Source: a bacterium (lineage in GTDB: Bacteria > Patescibacteriota > Minisyncoccia > Phycocordibacterales > UBA2100). Taken from it: DNA of 64,000 bases. The DNA is taken from positions 6,625 through 70,624 of the forward strand of contig JAUSGQ010000029.1 in assembly GCA_030674455.1 (NCBI GenBank). The letters run 5' to 3'. A model generated the notes under the pieces. It was not told the DNA's origin. It was given only the letters and a program-made list of their open reading frames with translations, and ran no database searches. Every line of letters begins with the position of its first letter. Positions within the stretch are counted from its first letter, which is position 1. This document shows positions 38,147 through 48,042 of this stretch, piece by piece. The translations under genes and the position numbers were made by a program.

Positions 38147-38704
38147 TTAAGGTCGCACCTTGAAATTCCGCCAAGAGTCCTTAAGAAAGGTCAGCACAAG
38201 GGTTGCCAGAAGGGTTGCAAGCCACACGATGCCCGTTATCAATAGAAAGTCATTGATTCGGTTCTCCGTTTCTTTTAATGAGCGTCCCACCGCGACAAAT
38301 CCGTCCGAATAGGGAAGTACAACAAGCGCGAACCTGGCATTCGACTCGGGTTGCCATGTTATTAGATTCTCGCCGCGCTCGTTTGCATATTGCAAAACGC
38401 CTTCCGGAAGAATGGGCGCTGTGCCATTCAGTTGTCCTGTTGAGGCGATCGGCTTATATGCGGAATTGTAAATGACAAGAAATGGCGCGGAACTCTCCTT
38501 AATGTTCACGATATTTGCGGTAGCAAAATCAGCGGGCGTCTTTCCGCTCTCGAGTATTCTCACGGCATCTTTGGCGATCTGTATCTGCGGCTCGTTGGCC
38601 GACTGGCGCAAGCTCTGCTGGGCAAGAAGATAGGCGAGCCCGCACACGCCGGTTACAGCAACGGAAAGCAGAAGCCAGTATTGCAGATATGAGAGTTGCT
38701 TCAT
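38147..38704 (-). CDS. Two-TM membrane protein with extracytoplasmic domain
   Basis: TM-loop-TM layout; the C-terminus and stop lie in the REP aagg-tcgca-cctt (38149-38161). Confidence 0.7.
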   Translation of the reverse strand: MKQLSYLQYWLLLSVAVTGVCGLAYLLAQQSLRQSANEPQIQIAKDAVRILESGKTPADFATANIVNIKESSAPFLVIYNSAYKPIASTGQLNGTAPILPEGVLQYANERGENLITWQPESNARFALVVLPYSDGFVAVGRSLKETENRINDFLLITGIVWLATLLATLVLTFLKDSWRNFKVRP

Positions 38705-38732
38705 GGTGCAATTCTAGCATTTTCTTGGAAAG

Positions 38733-38895
38733 CCCGAGGAGACACCTCCCCCTTCCCATCCTTCGCCAAGGCTTCGGAGGGCGCCGTGGGTGAGGAGTCA
38801 CCTCGGAAACTTCGGAATCCTACAAGGTGCGACCTTAAAGAGCGACTCCCAAGGTCGCACCTTGGGTGCCACCAAATCAAGGACTCCCCTTGATT
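38733..38895. repeat. Cluster of five AGG-N5-CCT hairpins plus a ccttcgccaaggcttcggagg element upstream of glnA
   Basis: Loops agaca, agtca, tgcga, tcgca, actcc. Confidence 0.85.
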
Positions 38896-38985
38896 TTTGG
38901 GTTATCCACACCTTATGGCGGTTCACCTTGCATTCATGCTAGGATATGCTATAATTATATTAATTACGAGCTAAATTAATATAAT

Positions 38986-40434
38986 ATGGATGAAAATAAG
39001 ACTAAAGAGGTGGCATTGAAAGAGTTTTTGGAAATCCCTTATGAAAAGCTTGAGGAACTTAACCTCAAGGCAAAAGAGCGCGGCGAATCGGCTTCGCAGT
39101 CTGTTCTTGAGAAAGAATACACCGACTACCTGAAGAAAGAGAAGCGCATCAAGGCGGTTACGCTGTGCTTCACCGATATTGAGGGCCGGCTCCACATGCT
39201 CGACTACGACAAGGATTTTTTGCTCGACTCTCTTTCAAACCTCACGTTCGACGGTTCATCCATACGAGGCTTTACGCCCCAGCACGAATCGGATTTGCGC
39301 TTGGAAATCGACTGGTCAAGCATCCGATATTTGCCTTCTGATATTTTTGGTCCCGGCAAAATCATTTTCTTTGCTTCCGTTTTGAATCGCGACAGAACTC
39401 CGTACCACTCGGATTTCAGAAGCCAGCTCAAACTCTACACCAGCAAATTAAAGAAGAGCGAAGGTCTTACCGCATTTGCAGCGTGCGAGATAGAAGGTTT
39501 CGTTGTTGACGGAGTAAATGCCGAGCAGACTTACGGCGAAACCGGCGGCTTCAAATTAATTTCTTCCGGCGGGTATTATCACTCGCTTCCTATGGATAAG
39601 CTCCGCCTGTTTATTGACAGTGCGGCTGAAGCGCAGAGAGCTATGGGCTTCAAGAATGAGAAAGACCACCCAGAAGTCGCGCCTTCGCAGTTTGAAATGA
39701 ACTACTCATACGCTGAAGTCGTGCGCGCGGCCGACAACGTACAGCTGTACAAGCTCGTGTGCCGCCAAGTGGCGCGCAAATCCGGCATGACGGCGACATT
39801 CCTGCCTAAGCCAATCACGGGAATTAACGGTTCCGGCATGCACACCAACTTCTCTGTTTCCAAGAACGGAAAAAACATTTTCTTCGATGCGAAGGGTGCA
39901 GACGGCCTCTCGAAGATGGCGTGGGATTTCATCTCGAAGCTTCTCAATCACGCGCCGGATATCTGCCTCGTAATGAACTCTTCGGTCAACAGCTATCGCC
40001 GGCTAGACCCACACTTTGAAGCGCCGAACCAGATAAAAGTTTCCGCGATAGACAGAGGTTCGATGATACGCATTCCGATAGGAAATGAGAAAACGGCGCG
40101 CATCGAGATGCGCTCGGTAGCACCCGACTCCAACCCGTACCTCGTTCTTTACACGATGCTGCGCACTGGCCTCGAGGGACAGAAATTGCAGAAGGATAAA
40201 AACAAGCGCGACAGAGTGCGCGTCTTGCCCGACAACATAGGCGACGCCATCGCCGATTTCAAATCGAGCAAGTTCATCACGCAGATTTTGGGCGAAGACA
40301 GCAAAGAGAAATTCGCGGCCTTTAAGCAGGCGGCGGCAGACCGCTCGCCGAAAGCTTTGGGCGGTAAGGTAAAGGAGTCTGAAGTCATCTATCATCACGA
40401 AGTGACGAACCAACTCCTATGGAACAACTTCTAG
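38986..40434 (+). CDS. glnA: Glutamine synthetase type I
   Basis: FDGSSI.GF, HPEVAPSQFE, ATFLPKP..GINGSGMH, NSYRRL.P.FEAP, RIE.RS..PDSNPY. Confidence 0.95.
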   Translation: MDENKTKEVALKEFLEIPYEKLEELNLKAKERGESASQSVLEKEYTDYLKKEKRIKAVTLCFTDIEGRLHMLDYDKDFLLDSLSNLTFDGSSIRGFTPQHESDLRLEIDWSSIRYLPSDIFGPGKIIFFASVLNRDRTPYHSDFRSQLKLYTSKLKKSEGLTAFAACEIEGFVVDGVNAEQTYGETGGFKLISSGGYYHSLPMDKLRLFIDSAAEAQRAMGFKNEKDHPEVAPSQFEMNYSYAEVVRAADNVQLYKLVCRQVARKSGMTATFLPKPITGINGSGMHTNFSVSKNGKNIFFDAKGADGLSKMAWDFISKLLNHAPDICLVMNSSVNSYRRLDPHFEAPNQIKVSAIDRGSMIRIPIGNEKTARIEMRSVAPDSNPYLVLYTMLRTGLEGQKLQKDKNKRDRVRVLPDNIGDAIADFKSSKFITQILGEDSKEKFAAFKQAAADRSPKALGGKVKESEVIYHHEVTNQLLWNNF

Positions 40435-41783
40435 CGCGCGAGAAGAACGGCAGGATAGTAAAAGCGTCCTTTTGGCTACTTATTTTGGGCGCGATAGTCG
40501 GATTAGGAAGCATATTCTTCGCTGGAGCGTCCGCAGGCGTGTTTGATTCAAGCTCTATAGATACGGGCGACACGGCGTGGATGCTCGTCTCGGCCGCGTT
40601 CGTCATGCTCATGACGCCCGCTGTCGGATTTTTCTACGGTGGAATGGTCTCCTCGAAAAATGTCGTCTCTGTCTTAAAACAATCGCTCGTCATTTTTTCT
40701 CTTGTAACTGTCCAATGGGCGGTCATCGGCTATAGCTTGGCGTTTGCGCCGGATGTCGGCGGCATTATCGGCAATTTGGATTTCTTTGGTTTGCGCGGCG
40801 TGGGATTTGCGCCCGACCCGAATTATGCCGCGACAATTCCCGCGCTTGTGTTTATGGTGTACCAGTCGATGTTCGCCACGATTACCCCCGTACTTATTAT
40901 CGGTGCATTTGTGGAACGAATTAAATTCAAGACGCTTGTAGTATTCACTCTGCTCTGGGCGACTCTCGTGTATGACCCGATAGCGCACTGGGTGTGGTCG
41001 CCGGATGGATGGCTGCGCGCTCTCGGGGCGCTCGATTTTGCCGGAGGAACGGTGGTTCACATGAGCGCGGGCTTCTCGGCGCTCGCCGCGGCGCTCCTTG
41101 TCGGCAGGCGGCTCAAGCAATCTAACATCGGCGAGAATGCGAACAACATCCCGTTCGTTATTTTGGGCGCGGTTCTGCTGTGGTTCGGCTGGTTCGGCTT
41201 TAACGCCGGCTCGGCTCTCACGGCCGGAGCGCTCGCGGCGAGCGCATTCGTCGCTACTAATATCGCCGCCGCTGTCGCGGCGCTCACATGGGCGACTCTC
41301 TCATGGGCGGAAAACAAGAAACCCTCGGCCATGTCGGCCGCCACGGGCGCCGTTTGCGGTTTCGTCGCAATCACACCCGCTTCAGGATTTGTCGGCCCCA
41401 TCGCTGCTATCGCTATTGGAATCATCGGCGGAGTCGTAACCTACGGGGCGGTGTGGCTGCGAACCAAGAAAACAAAAATAGACGACACGCTCGATGTGTG
41501 GGCGGCGCACGGAATAGGAGGATTGACGGGCGCGGTACTCACCGGATTTTTTGCGGAGAAAGTTATCAACTCTGCGGGCAACAACGGACTCTTGTTCGGC
41601 AATCCCAATCAGCTTCTTGTGCAAGTCATAGCGGTTGCCGCTGTCGGAGTCTATTCTTTTGCTGCGACGTGGCTGATATTGAAACTGCTCACATTCTTTA
41701 AGATGCCACTCCGAGTCAGTGAAGCCGAAGAAGTCCAAGGGCTAGACATGGCGGTGCATGGAGAAGCTGGTTACAGGTTATAG
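40419..41783 (+). CDS. amtB: Ammonium transporter
   Basis: GDTAWML, FFYGG, LDFAGGTVVH, LWFGWFGFNAGS, DDTLDV..AHG, GLD..VHGE. Confidence 0.96.
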   Translation: MEQLLAREKNGRIVKASFWLLILGAIVGLGSIFFAGASAGVFDSSSIDTGDTAWMLVSAAFVMLMTPAVGFFYGGMVSSKNVVSVLKQSLVIFSLVTVQWAVIGYSLAFAPDVGGIIGNLDFFGLRGVGFAPDPNYAATIPALVFMVYQSMFATITPVLIIGAFVERIKFKTLVVFTLLWATLVYDPIAHWVWSPDGWLRALGALDFAGGTVVHMSAGFSALAAALLVGRRLKQSNIGENANNIPFVILGAVLLWFGWFGFNAGSALTAGALAASAFVATNIAAAVAALTWATLSWAENKKPSAMSAATGAVCGFVAITPASGFVGPIAAIAIGIIGGVVTYGAVWLRTKKTKIDDTLDVWAAHGIGGLTGAVLTGFFAEKVINSAGNNGLLFGNPNQLLVQVIAVAAVGVYSFAATWLILKLLTFFKMPLRVSEAEEVQGLDMAVHGEAGYRL

Positions 41784-41863
41784 GTGTTAGGATATAGCTT
41801 AATAGTGCGAGTTCGTGAGATTCATGAGGTTAAACCTCATCGATTTAAGAGTTTAATATAAAA

Positions 41864-41900
41864 GAAAGCGCCCGACGACTGAAAGCCGTCGGGCGCTTTC
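41864..41900. terminator. Intrinsic terminator hairpin between convergent genes
   Basis: gaaagcgcccgacg...cgtcgggcgctttc. Confidence 0.8.
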
Positions 41901-41916
41901 CTGTCGTTGGGCGCTA

Positions 41917-42132
41917 CTAGATGCCAGTCTTCAGCGACAGCGCTGGGGCGCCAGCCAGAATTTGCTCGAGCTCTTCCATGGAGCCTTGGAAATCAGTCAA
42001 TTTGGCGAACATGACAAACTGTTCGCCGTCTTGCCTTCCCCACGATTCTAGGAGAGAGCACCCATGTCTTTCGAGCGTTCCCAACGCCTCGAACGCCGAA
42101 GCGGCGTTCGAGGTTTTTACCTGGATATCCAT
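41917..42132 (-). CDS. Small orphan protein (ACT-like fold possible)
   Basis: 71-aa ORF MDIQVKTS... with SD gaaagg and its own terminator. Confidence 0.5.
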   Translation of the reverse strand: MDIQVKTSNAASAFEALGTLERHGCSLLESWGRQDGEQFVMFAKLTDFQGSMEELEQILAGAPALSLKTGI

Positions 42133-42339
42133 AAAGACCTTTCTCCCCCGCGAGGGGACTATAAAGAAAAAAACAAGAACCCAAGTTGCATTGGCACTAT
42201 CGCAAATCACAGAGAGAGAGAGTCAATTGTAAGAGCCAGTAGCTGGTAGCCAGTAGCTTGTAGCCGGAAGAGTCAACACCCTGAGAATTTCTCCGCAGAT
42301 TTAAACTGCGTAGTAGGGTATTGCCTCGAAAGAAAATAC

Positions 42340-42795
42340 TCACACTTGCCGTTTATTAATGAAATCGATCAGGGACTCGCTAAAGCTCCTAGCAATTTCT
42401 TCCCGCGTCGGGTGTATTTCCAGAATTGATGCGTCCGGAGGTTCTGCAATGGACTTCGATTCGAGGTAAGGCATCCATTTAGTGAAGTGCGTACGGCCGC
42501 CATTTTTTACATTTACAAATGCGGTAATTCCGATACTTGATAATTTCTCGGCCCGAAATGGACTCGCTCCTTTTTCAGGCTGGATACATGCGAACTGTAC
42601 CCTGAAATTCTCAACATGCGGCTGCAGTTCGCCGAGATTCTCAAAAACTTCTTTGCAGGCGCTACCTATCTCATTTTTGAAGTCGCTAGTAACGAGTTTT
42701 GAGTCTGATGAAAGTCTAAAATCCACCAACTCTTTAGTGATTTTCTCTTGGGTAGGAAACTTGCCGAAGAAGCGCATACGCCAATTAAACATCAT
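42340..42795 (-). CDS. Hypothetical protein
   Basis: ORF divergent from the dehydrogenase; start uncertain. Confidence 0.5.
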   Translation of the reverse strand: MMFNWRMRFFGKFPTQEKITKELVDFRLSSDSKLVTSDFKNEIGSACKEVFENLGELQPHVENFRVQFACIQPEKGASPFRAEKLSSIGITAFVNVKNGGRTHFTKWMPYLESKSIAEPPDASILEIHPTREEIARSFSESLIDFINKRQV

Positions 42796-42877
42796 CACAT
42801 AACGATGCACAATCAGTGCGCTGGGATTTGCACATCTGTGTCTGTCGGATAAGCCATCCATACAGTACAATCTGCTC

Positions 42878-43879
42878 ATGAAGATACTGGTTTTTAGTGT
42901 TGATGAGGAGGTTCGCTCGATTCTTGGGCCAGCGCTTACGGAACACACGGTTGTATATATTGATGACATAGTTTCCGCCAAAGCTCTCGCTGAACATTCT
43001 GATGCCGATGCGGTTTCCATATTTACGACTTCCGAATTTAAGAAAGCTCAAATAGATGCTCTGCCGAAACTGAAATGCATTTCCACGCGGTCGACAGGGG
43101 TCGACCACATTGATGTTGCGTACGCTAAGGAAAAGGGAATTACTGTGTGCAATGTGCCGAGGTACGGAGCAGTAACCGTCGCGGAATTTACCTTCGCGCT
43201 GATGCTTACGCTTTCCCGCAGGATTTTTGAGGCATTTCATCAGGTGCGCGAAGAGGGAAGTTTCAAGACAGCTTCTCTTGAAGGCTTCAATCTTTTCGGG
43301 AAGACATTGGGTGTTGTCGGCACCGGCAGCATAGGGCGCAATGTCGTCAGAATTGCGAAAGGTTTTGGACTGAACGTTCTCATGTTCGACCCTCGACAGG
43401 ATAAATCTCTTGAAAGCGAGCAGTCGAAATACGTTTCGTTTGATGAACTGCTCGCGGGTTCCGACATCGTGACACTCCATGTTCCATACACGAAAGAAAA
43501 TCACTATCTACTGAACAAAGAAGCATTTGCAAAAATCAAACGCGGCGCATTCGTCATCAATACAGCGCGCGGAGAGCTGATTGACACGGAAGCGCTCTTG
43601 GACGCGCTCAAGAGCGGACAGGTTGCTGGAGCGGGATTGGACGTCTTGGAGGAAGAGCGGGTTCTCAAGGATGAAATCGAATTGGTGAAGGGAATAGAAT
43701 CAATGAATGAATTGAAAATCCTCATTCGCGACCACGCGCTCATTGATATGCCGCGCGTCGTCATTACGCCGCACATCGCGTTCTTTTCGCGCGAGGCGTA
43801 TCACGAAATTTTGGAAGTAACGGCATCGAACATCACGAGTTTTGCGGCAGGCAAGGCGACGAACGTTGTTACGTCATGA
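42878..43879 (+). CDS. D-isomer-specific 2-hydroxyacid dehydrogenase (D-lactate / hydroxypyruvate reductase-like)
   Basis: RSTGVDHID, GKTLGVVGTGSIG, DIVTLHVP, INTARGELID, LDVLEEE, TPHIAF. Confidence 0.92.
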   Translation: MKILVFSVDEEVRSILGPALTEHTVVYIDDIVSAKALAEHSDADAVSIFTTSEFKKAQIDALPKLKCISTRSTGVDHIDVAYAKEKGITVCNVPRYGAVTVAEFTFALMLTLSRRIFEAFHQVREEGSFKTASLEGFNLFGKTLGVVGTGSIGRNVVRIAKGFGLNVLMFDPRQDKSLESEQSKYVSFDELLAGSDIVTLHVPYTKENHYLLNKEAFAKIKRGAFVINTARGELIDTEALLDALKSGQVAGAGLDVLEEERVLKDEIELVKGIESMNELKILIRDHALIDMPRVVITPHIAFFSREAYHEILEVTASNITSFAAGKATNVVTS

Positions 43880-43884
43880 ACGAA

Positions 43885-43930
43885 CCCAAGGAGAGACCTT
43901 AAAGAATCACTCCCAAGGTCTCACCTTGGG
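43885..43930. repeat. AAGG-N5-CCTT REP pair
   Basis: cccaagg-agaga-ccttaaag...cccaagg-tctca-ccttggg; same layout as 38823-38866. Confidence 0.85.
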
Positions 43931-43944
43931 TACAACTCATTATT

Positions 43945-45204
43945 ATGAAAAAGTGGATTACAAACAGCGACGCATTGAGTACAAGCGAGCTTAGGAAGGA
44001 CGCGCTTTCCATCGCGGAGGCCGCTTACAATGCGATTGATACGGATGCAGTTATACGTTCGCGTCTCGTGCTCACGGGCTCGGAGCTTACGGTAGGGGGG
44101 AAGACGTATGACCTCAATACATTCTCTAAAATAAAAATACTCGGATTCGGCAAGGCATCGTGCAAAGCAGTCCAGACCCTTGAGTCGCTGCTGAAGGAGC
44201 GCATATCTCAGGGTGTGGCAATAGATATGCATGCCGGCGTCTGCGACATTGTCGACGTAGAGAAGGGCACGCACCCGAGACCATCGCCGGAAAATGTCGC
44301 AGCCACCGAGAAAATCGTGAACATGGCGAAAGAAAAATCCGACAATGAACTTTACATTGTCGCTGTCTCCGGCGGAGGTTCATCGCTCCTCTGCTGGCCA
44401 ATCGGCGAGAGTGAGCAGGGTGCGCGGCTGTACGACGACTTCAGGAGAGTGGGCGGTACCATTGAGGAAATTAATACCGTTCGCAAACACATTTCAGGCG
44501 TCAAAGGCGGAGGGCTCGCCGGCATGCTTTATCCTGCAACGGTTATCGGGCTCGTATTTTGCGACGTTCCCGGAGACCATTTTGAAGAGGTCGCATCTGG
44601 CCCGACGTACTATGACGCAAGCACCGTTGCAGACGCGCAAACGGTGCTCGACCGCTATGGATTGAGCGGTTATACGCTGAACGAAACGCCGAAGGATAAA
44701 AAGTTGTTTGAGAGGGTGAACAATGTGCCGGTTATTTCCAACACAGTCCCGCTTGACGCCATGGCGGCAGAGGCACATCGCCTCGGGTACAAACCGGTCA
44801 ATGTCGGCAAATCTCTCTATGAACATCCGGCAGAATTGCTGAAGAGAATGTATAACGAGCTAGGAGAGAATACTGCTGTTATCGCCGGAGGTGAGCCGAG
44901 TTTCGCAATAGACCGCCCGGGAAAAGGCGGGCGATGCCAATATGTAGCGGTACAAGCGCTGAAAAATATAAAAGAAGGAGAACTATTGCTTGCCTTTGCT
45001 TCGGACGGGAGGGATAATTCCGACGCGGCTGGCGCGATAGCAGATTCGCAAACGCTTACGAAAGCTAAAGCAAAGAATCTATCTATTGACGATGCAATCG
45101 AAAGCTTGAACACCTACGATTTTTTGGAGGCCACCGGCGACATGCTGTATACTGGGGCTACTGACGCGAATGTTTCAGATTTATTCTTGTTGATGAAGAA
45201 GTAA
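43945..45204 (+). CDS. Glycerate 2-kinase (MOFRL/DUF4147 family)
   Basis: GFGKAS, HPRP, SGGGSSL, INTVRKHIS.VKGG, DVPGD...VASGPT, GGE, GGRCQ, SDGRDN, TDANVSD. Confidence 0.9.
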   Translation: MKKWITNSDALSTSELRKDALSIAEAAYNAIDTDAVIRSRLVLTGSELTVGGKTYDLNTFSKIKILGFGKASCKAVQTLESLLKERISQGVAIDMHAGVCDIVDVEKGTHPRPSPENVAATEKIVNMAKEKSDNELYIVAVSGGGSSLLCWPIGESEQGARLYDDFRRVGGTIEEINTVRKHISGVKGGGLAGMLYPATVIGLVFCDVPGDHFEEVASGPTYYDASTVADAQTVLDRYGLSGYTLNETPKDKKLFERVNNVPVISNTVPLDAMAAEAHRLGYKPVNVGKSLYEHPAELLKRMYNELGENTAVIAGGEPSFAIDRPGKGGRCQYVAVQALKNIKEGELLLAFASDGRDNSDAAGAIADSQTLTKAKAKNLSIDDAIESLNTYDFLEATGDMLYTGATDANVSDLFLLMKK

Positions 45205-45229
45205 TGTTTAACAAATCTTTACCGCATCA

Positions 45230-45275
45230 GTTCCCGAGGAGACACCTTGCAGAGCCAAGGAGTCACCTCGGGAAC
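45230..45275. repeat. AGG-N5-CCT REP pair upstream of eno
   Basis: gttcccgagg-agaca-ccttg...caagg-agtca-cctcgggaac. Confidence 0.85.
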
Positions 45276-45280
45276 CAGCA

Positions 45281-46507
45281 ATGAGTTCTATGCAGAAAAT
45301 TACAGACATAATCGCGCGGGAGGCGGCAGATTCGCGCGGACGTCCCACTCTTTCTGTAACGGTAGTAGCGGGAGAAGGCACCGGTACATTTGACGTACCG
45401 TCCGGCGCATCAACCGGCTCGCTTGAGGCGTGCGAACTGCGCGATGTGGGCGGCGGCGTGTCGCGCGCCATAGACAATGTGAATTCGCTTATCAAACGCG
45501 AGATTGTCGGAATGGATTTACACGACCAATCGAAAATCGATGCGAAAATTATCGCGCTCGACGGCACAGTCAATAAATCGAAACTTGGAGGCAATGCCAC
45601 GATAGGCGTTTCGATTGCCCTGGCCAAAGCGGCGGCGAAGGCGGAAAACATCGAGCCGTTCGAGTATTTGCGCCAGCTGGCAAGCATTAAACCTTCCCGA
45701 AAAGTTCCCTATCTATATTTGAATTACATCAATGGCGGAAAACATGCGAAATCGCCCATAGCGTTTCAGGAACACATGCTTGTGCCTGATACTGAATCAG
45801 TTACGGAAGCGCTTGAGATGGCAAAAATCCTTGAGAAATCTTTGTACGAAATTGTTGCTAAAAAATACGGTGCGGAAGTTGCCGCAGAAGTGGGCGACGA
45901 GGGCGGCTATGTGCTACCGAATGGCACATACGAGACACCGTTTGAATTATCAGAGCAGGCGATCAATGAATCCGGTTTTGGCGGCAAATGCTTTATCGCG
46001 GCGGACATCGCGGCATCTTCTTTTTTCGAGAACGGTTCATACGTCATGCAGGGCAAGTCATACTCCGCCGATGAATTACGGGAAATATATGTATCGCTCA
46101 CGAAGAAGTTTCCCATTCTTTCTATTGAAGACCCGTTCTTTGAGGAATCGTTCGAAGATTTTGCAAAACTGCAAAAGCAAACGGATGTACGGATTGTCGG
46201 CGACGACCTGACGGTGACTAACAAGAGCTTGCTCACGCGCGCAATTGGCATGGGCAGTATCCGCTCGGTAATAATCAAGCCGAATCAGATAGGGACTCTT
46301 TCGGAAACGCTCGATACCATGCACGAGGCTCGCTTGCGCGATGTGGACTGTATTGTGAGCCACCGCAGCGGCGAGACCAACGACGACTTTATCGCGGACC
46401 TCGCGTTTGCGTTCGGCTGTTTCGGTTTAAAGACCGGCTCACTGCGTAAACCTGAACGCGTAATCAAATACAAACGATTAGAGAAGATCAGTTTGATGGG
46501 GGAGTAA
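45281..46507 (+). CDS. eno: Enolase
   Basis: DSRGRPT, VPSGASTG..EA.ELRD, KLGGNA, GDEGG, IVGDDL.VTN, KPNQIGT, VSHRSGET. Confidence 0.95.
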   Translation: MSSMQKITDIIAREAADSRGRPTLSVTVVAGEGTGTFDVPSGASTGSLEACELRDVGGGVSRAIDNVNSLIKREIVGMDLHDQSKIDAKIIALDGTVNKSKLGGNATIGVSIALAKAAAKAENIEPFEYLRQLASIKPSRKVPYLYLNYINGGKHAKSPIAFQEHMLVPDTESVTEALEMAKILEKSLYEIVAKKYGAEVAAEVGDEGGYVLPNGTYETPFELSEQAINESGFGGKCFIAADIAASSFFENGSYVMQGKSYSADELREIYVSLTKKFPILSIEDPFFEESFEDFAKLQKQTDVRIVGDDLTVTNKSLLTRAIGMGSIRSVIIKPNQIGTLSETLDTMHEARLRDVDCIVSHRSGETNDDFIADLAFAFGCFGLKTGSLRKPERVIKYKRLEKISLMGE

Positions 46508-46512
46508 ATAGT

Positions 46513-47316
46513 ATGGGCAGGCAATCCCGTTCGCAAATAGTAGTAACCGTCGGACCTGCAAGCACCGATGTCTCTACAATTCTGCGGATGATAGCCGGAG
46601 GAATGGATGTCGCGCGGATTAATTTTTCTCACGGCACGCATGAATCCAACGGAGGACACATACAGAATATTCGCGAGGCGGCGAAAAAGGCGGGTAAGAC
46701 AATTCCGATAATCCAAGACTTGGCCGGTCCGCGGATGAAGACGGACGTTGGACACGCATTTAATTCGAAAGAAACTGAAATAGTCACGCAGAAGGACATT
46801 TCGGACCTTGATTTTGGCATCAAGGAAGGCGTCGAATACATAGCGCAATCATACGTTGGCACGGCAGAGGATATTCGCACCTTGCGAAGAGCGATACAAG
46901 AGCGTGGAGCAAAGATTCACATCGTCGCGAAAATCGAGCGGAGGGAAGCTGTGGAGAATTTTGATGCAATTTTAGAGGAGGCTGATGCGATTATGGTCGC
47001 TCGAGGTGATTTGGGATTAAATGTGCCGATAGAGGAGATTCCATTTCTGGAAAAAGAAATGGTGGGGAAAGCAAAGAAAGCAGGGAAGCCCGTCATCGTT
47101 GCGACGGAAATGATGTACTCGATGGTGGAGAGCAATCGGCCGACGCGAGCCGAGGTAACGGACATTGCCTACGCGATTCTCATCGGTTCCGACGCCGTTA
47201 TGCTCTCCGATGAAACGGCGCGGGGTAAACATCCGGTTGAGGCAGTGGAAATAATGGAGAAAATTGTGTCGCGCTCTGAAGTTACCGCTAAAACCGGAAG
47301 CATCAATTCACTGTGA
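46513..47316 (+). CDS. pyk: Minimal pyruvate kinase (barrel domain only)
   Basis: TVGPAS, RINFSHG, DLAGP, VAKIE, IMVARGDLG, ATEMM.SM, PTRAEV.D, MLSDETA.G..P.EAV. Confidence 0.88.
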   Translation: MGRQSRSQIVVTVGPASTDVSTILRMIAGGMDVARINFSHGTHESNGGHIQNIREAAKKAGKTIPIIQDLAGPRMKTDVGHAFNSKETEIVTQKDISDLDFGIKEGVEYIAQSYVGTAEDIRTLRRAIQERGAKIHIVAKIERREAVENFDAILEEADAIMVARGDLGLNVPIEEIPFLEKEMVGKAKKAGKPVIVATEMMYSMVESNRPTRAEVTDIAYAILIGSDAVMLSDETARGKHPVEAVEIMEKIVSRSEVTAKTGSINSL

Positions 47317-47317
47317 G

Positions 47318-47336
47318 ATTGAGATGACATCTCAAT
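47318..47336. repeat. Palindrome attgagatg-a-catctcaat upstream of RAYT3 (second copy at 48055-48073)
   Basis: Identical 19-mers on both sides of the transposase gene. Confidence 0.9.
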
Positions 47337-47367
47337 GGTTTTGCGAGTCTATGATAGACTTTTAGCC

Positions 47368-48042
47368 ATGACTCGTCGTCATGAATTTTCTGTCGATGAA
47401 TGGTATCACTGCTTCAATCGCGGAGTTGATAAGCGGATTGTGTTTGAGAACGAACAGGATGCCTCTCGTTTTCTCATCATCCTATACCTTGCAAACGGAA
47501 CCGAGCCAATGCAAATCTTTAACACGGACAAGCCAACGTTTGCCAAAGCCCTTGAGGAATATCGCGGCAAACCTATCGTTTCGCTTGGCGCATACTGCTT
47601 GATGCCAAATCACTTTCATTTACTTCTCAAGGAGATAATAGAAGGTGGTATAAGCGAATTTATGAGAAAACTCGGGATAGCATACACGATGTATTTTAAT
47701 GCAAAAAATCAGCGTGTTGGGAATCTATTTATTAGGCCGTTCCGGTCGCGTCATGTACGCGATGACAGTTATTTCCAAAGAGTTCTGCAATATATACATT
47801 GCAATCCTGCTGAATTGTATGAACCAGGTTGGAAATTGGGTAAAGTTAAAGACGTCCGGTTATTGGAGAAAAAACTTATCGAATATCCATACTCCAGCCT
47901 TCAAAGTTATGCAAAAGCGGGGGCATCAAACCCGATTCTTTCAGGTGAAGGACTTGAGATTGCGGATCAGTTACCGCTATCACAAATGCTCGACGAAGCA
48001 CAGGCCTATTATTCTGATGTTGCAGGGAGTCTTTTGCGGTAA
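47368..48042 (+). mobile_element. RAYT/Y1 HUH transposase, copy 3 (homolog of copy 1)
   Basis: DEWYHCFNRGVDKR, YCLMPNHFHLL, YIHCNP, YPYSS. Confidence 0.9.

Noticed and set aside
6431-38910. DnaA-box-like 9-mers (6431, ~33210, 38902) as oriC
   Set aside because: They are isolated single boxes with no cluster, no unwinding element and no dnaA/dnaN nearby.
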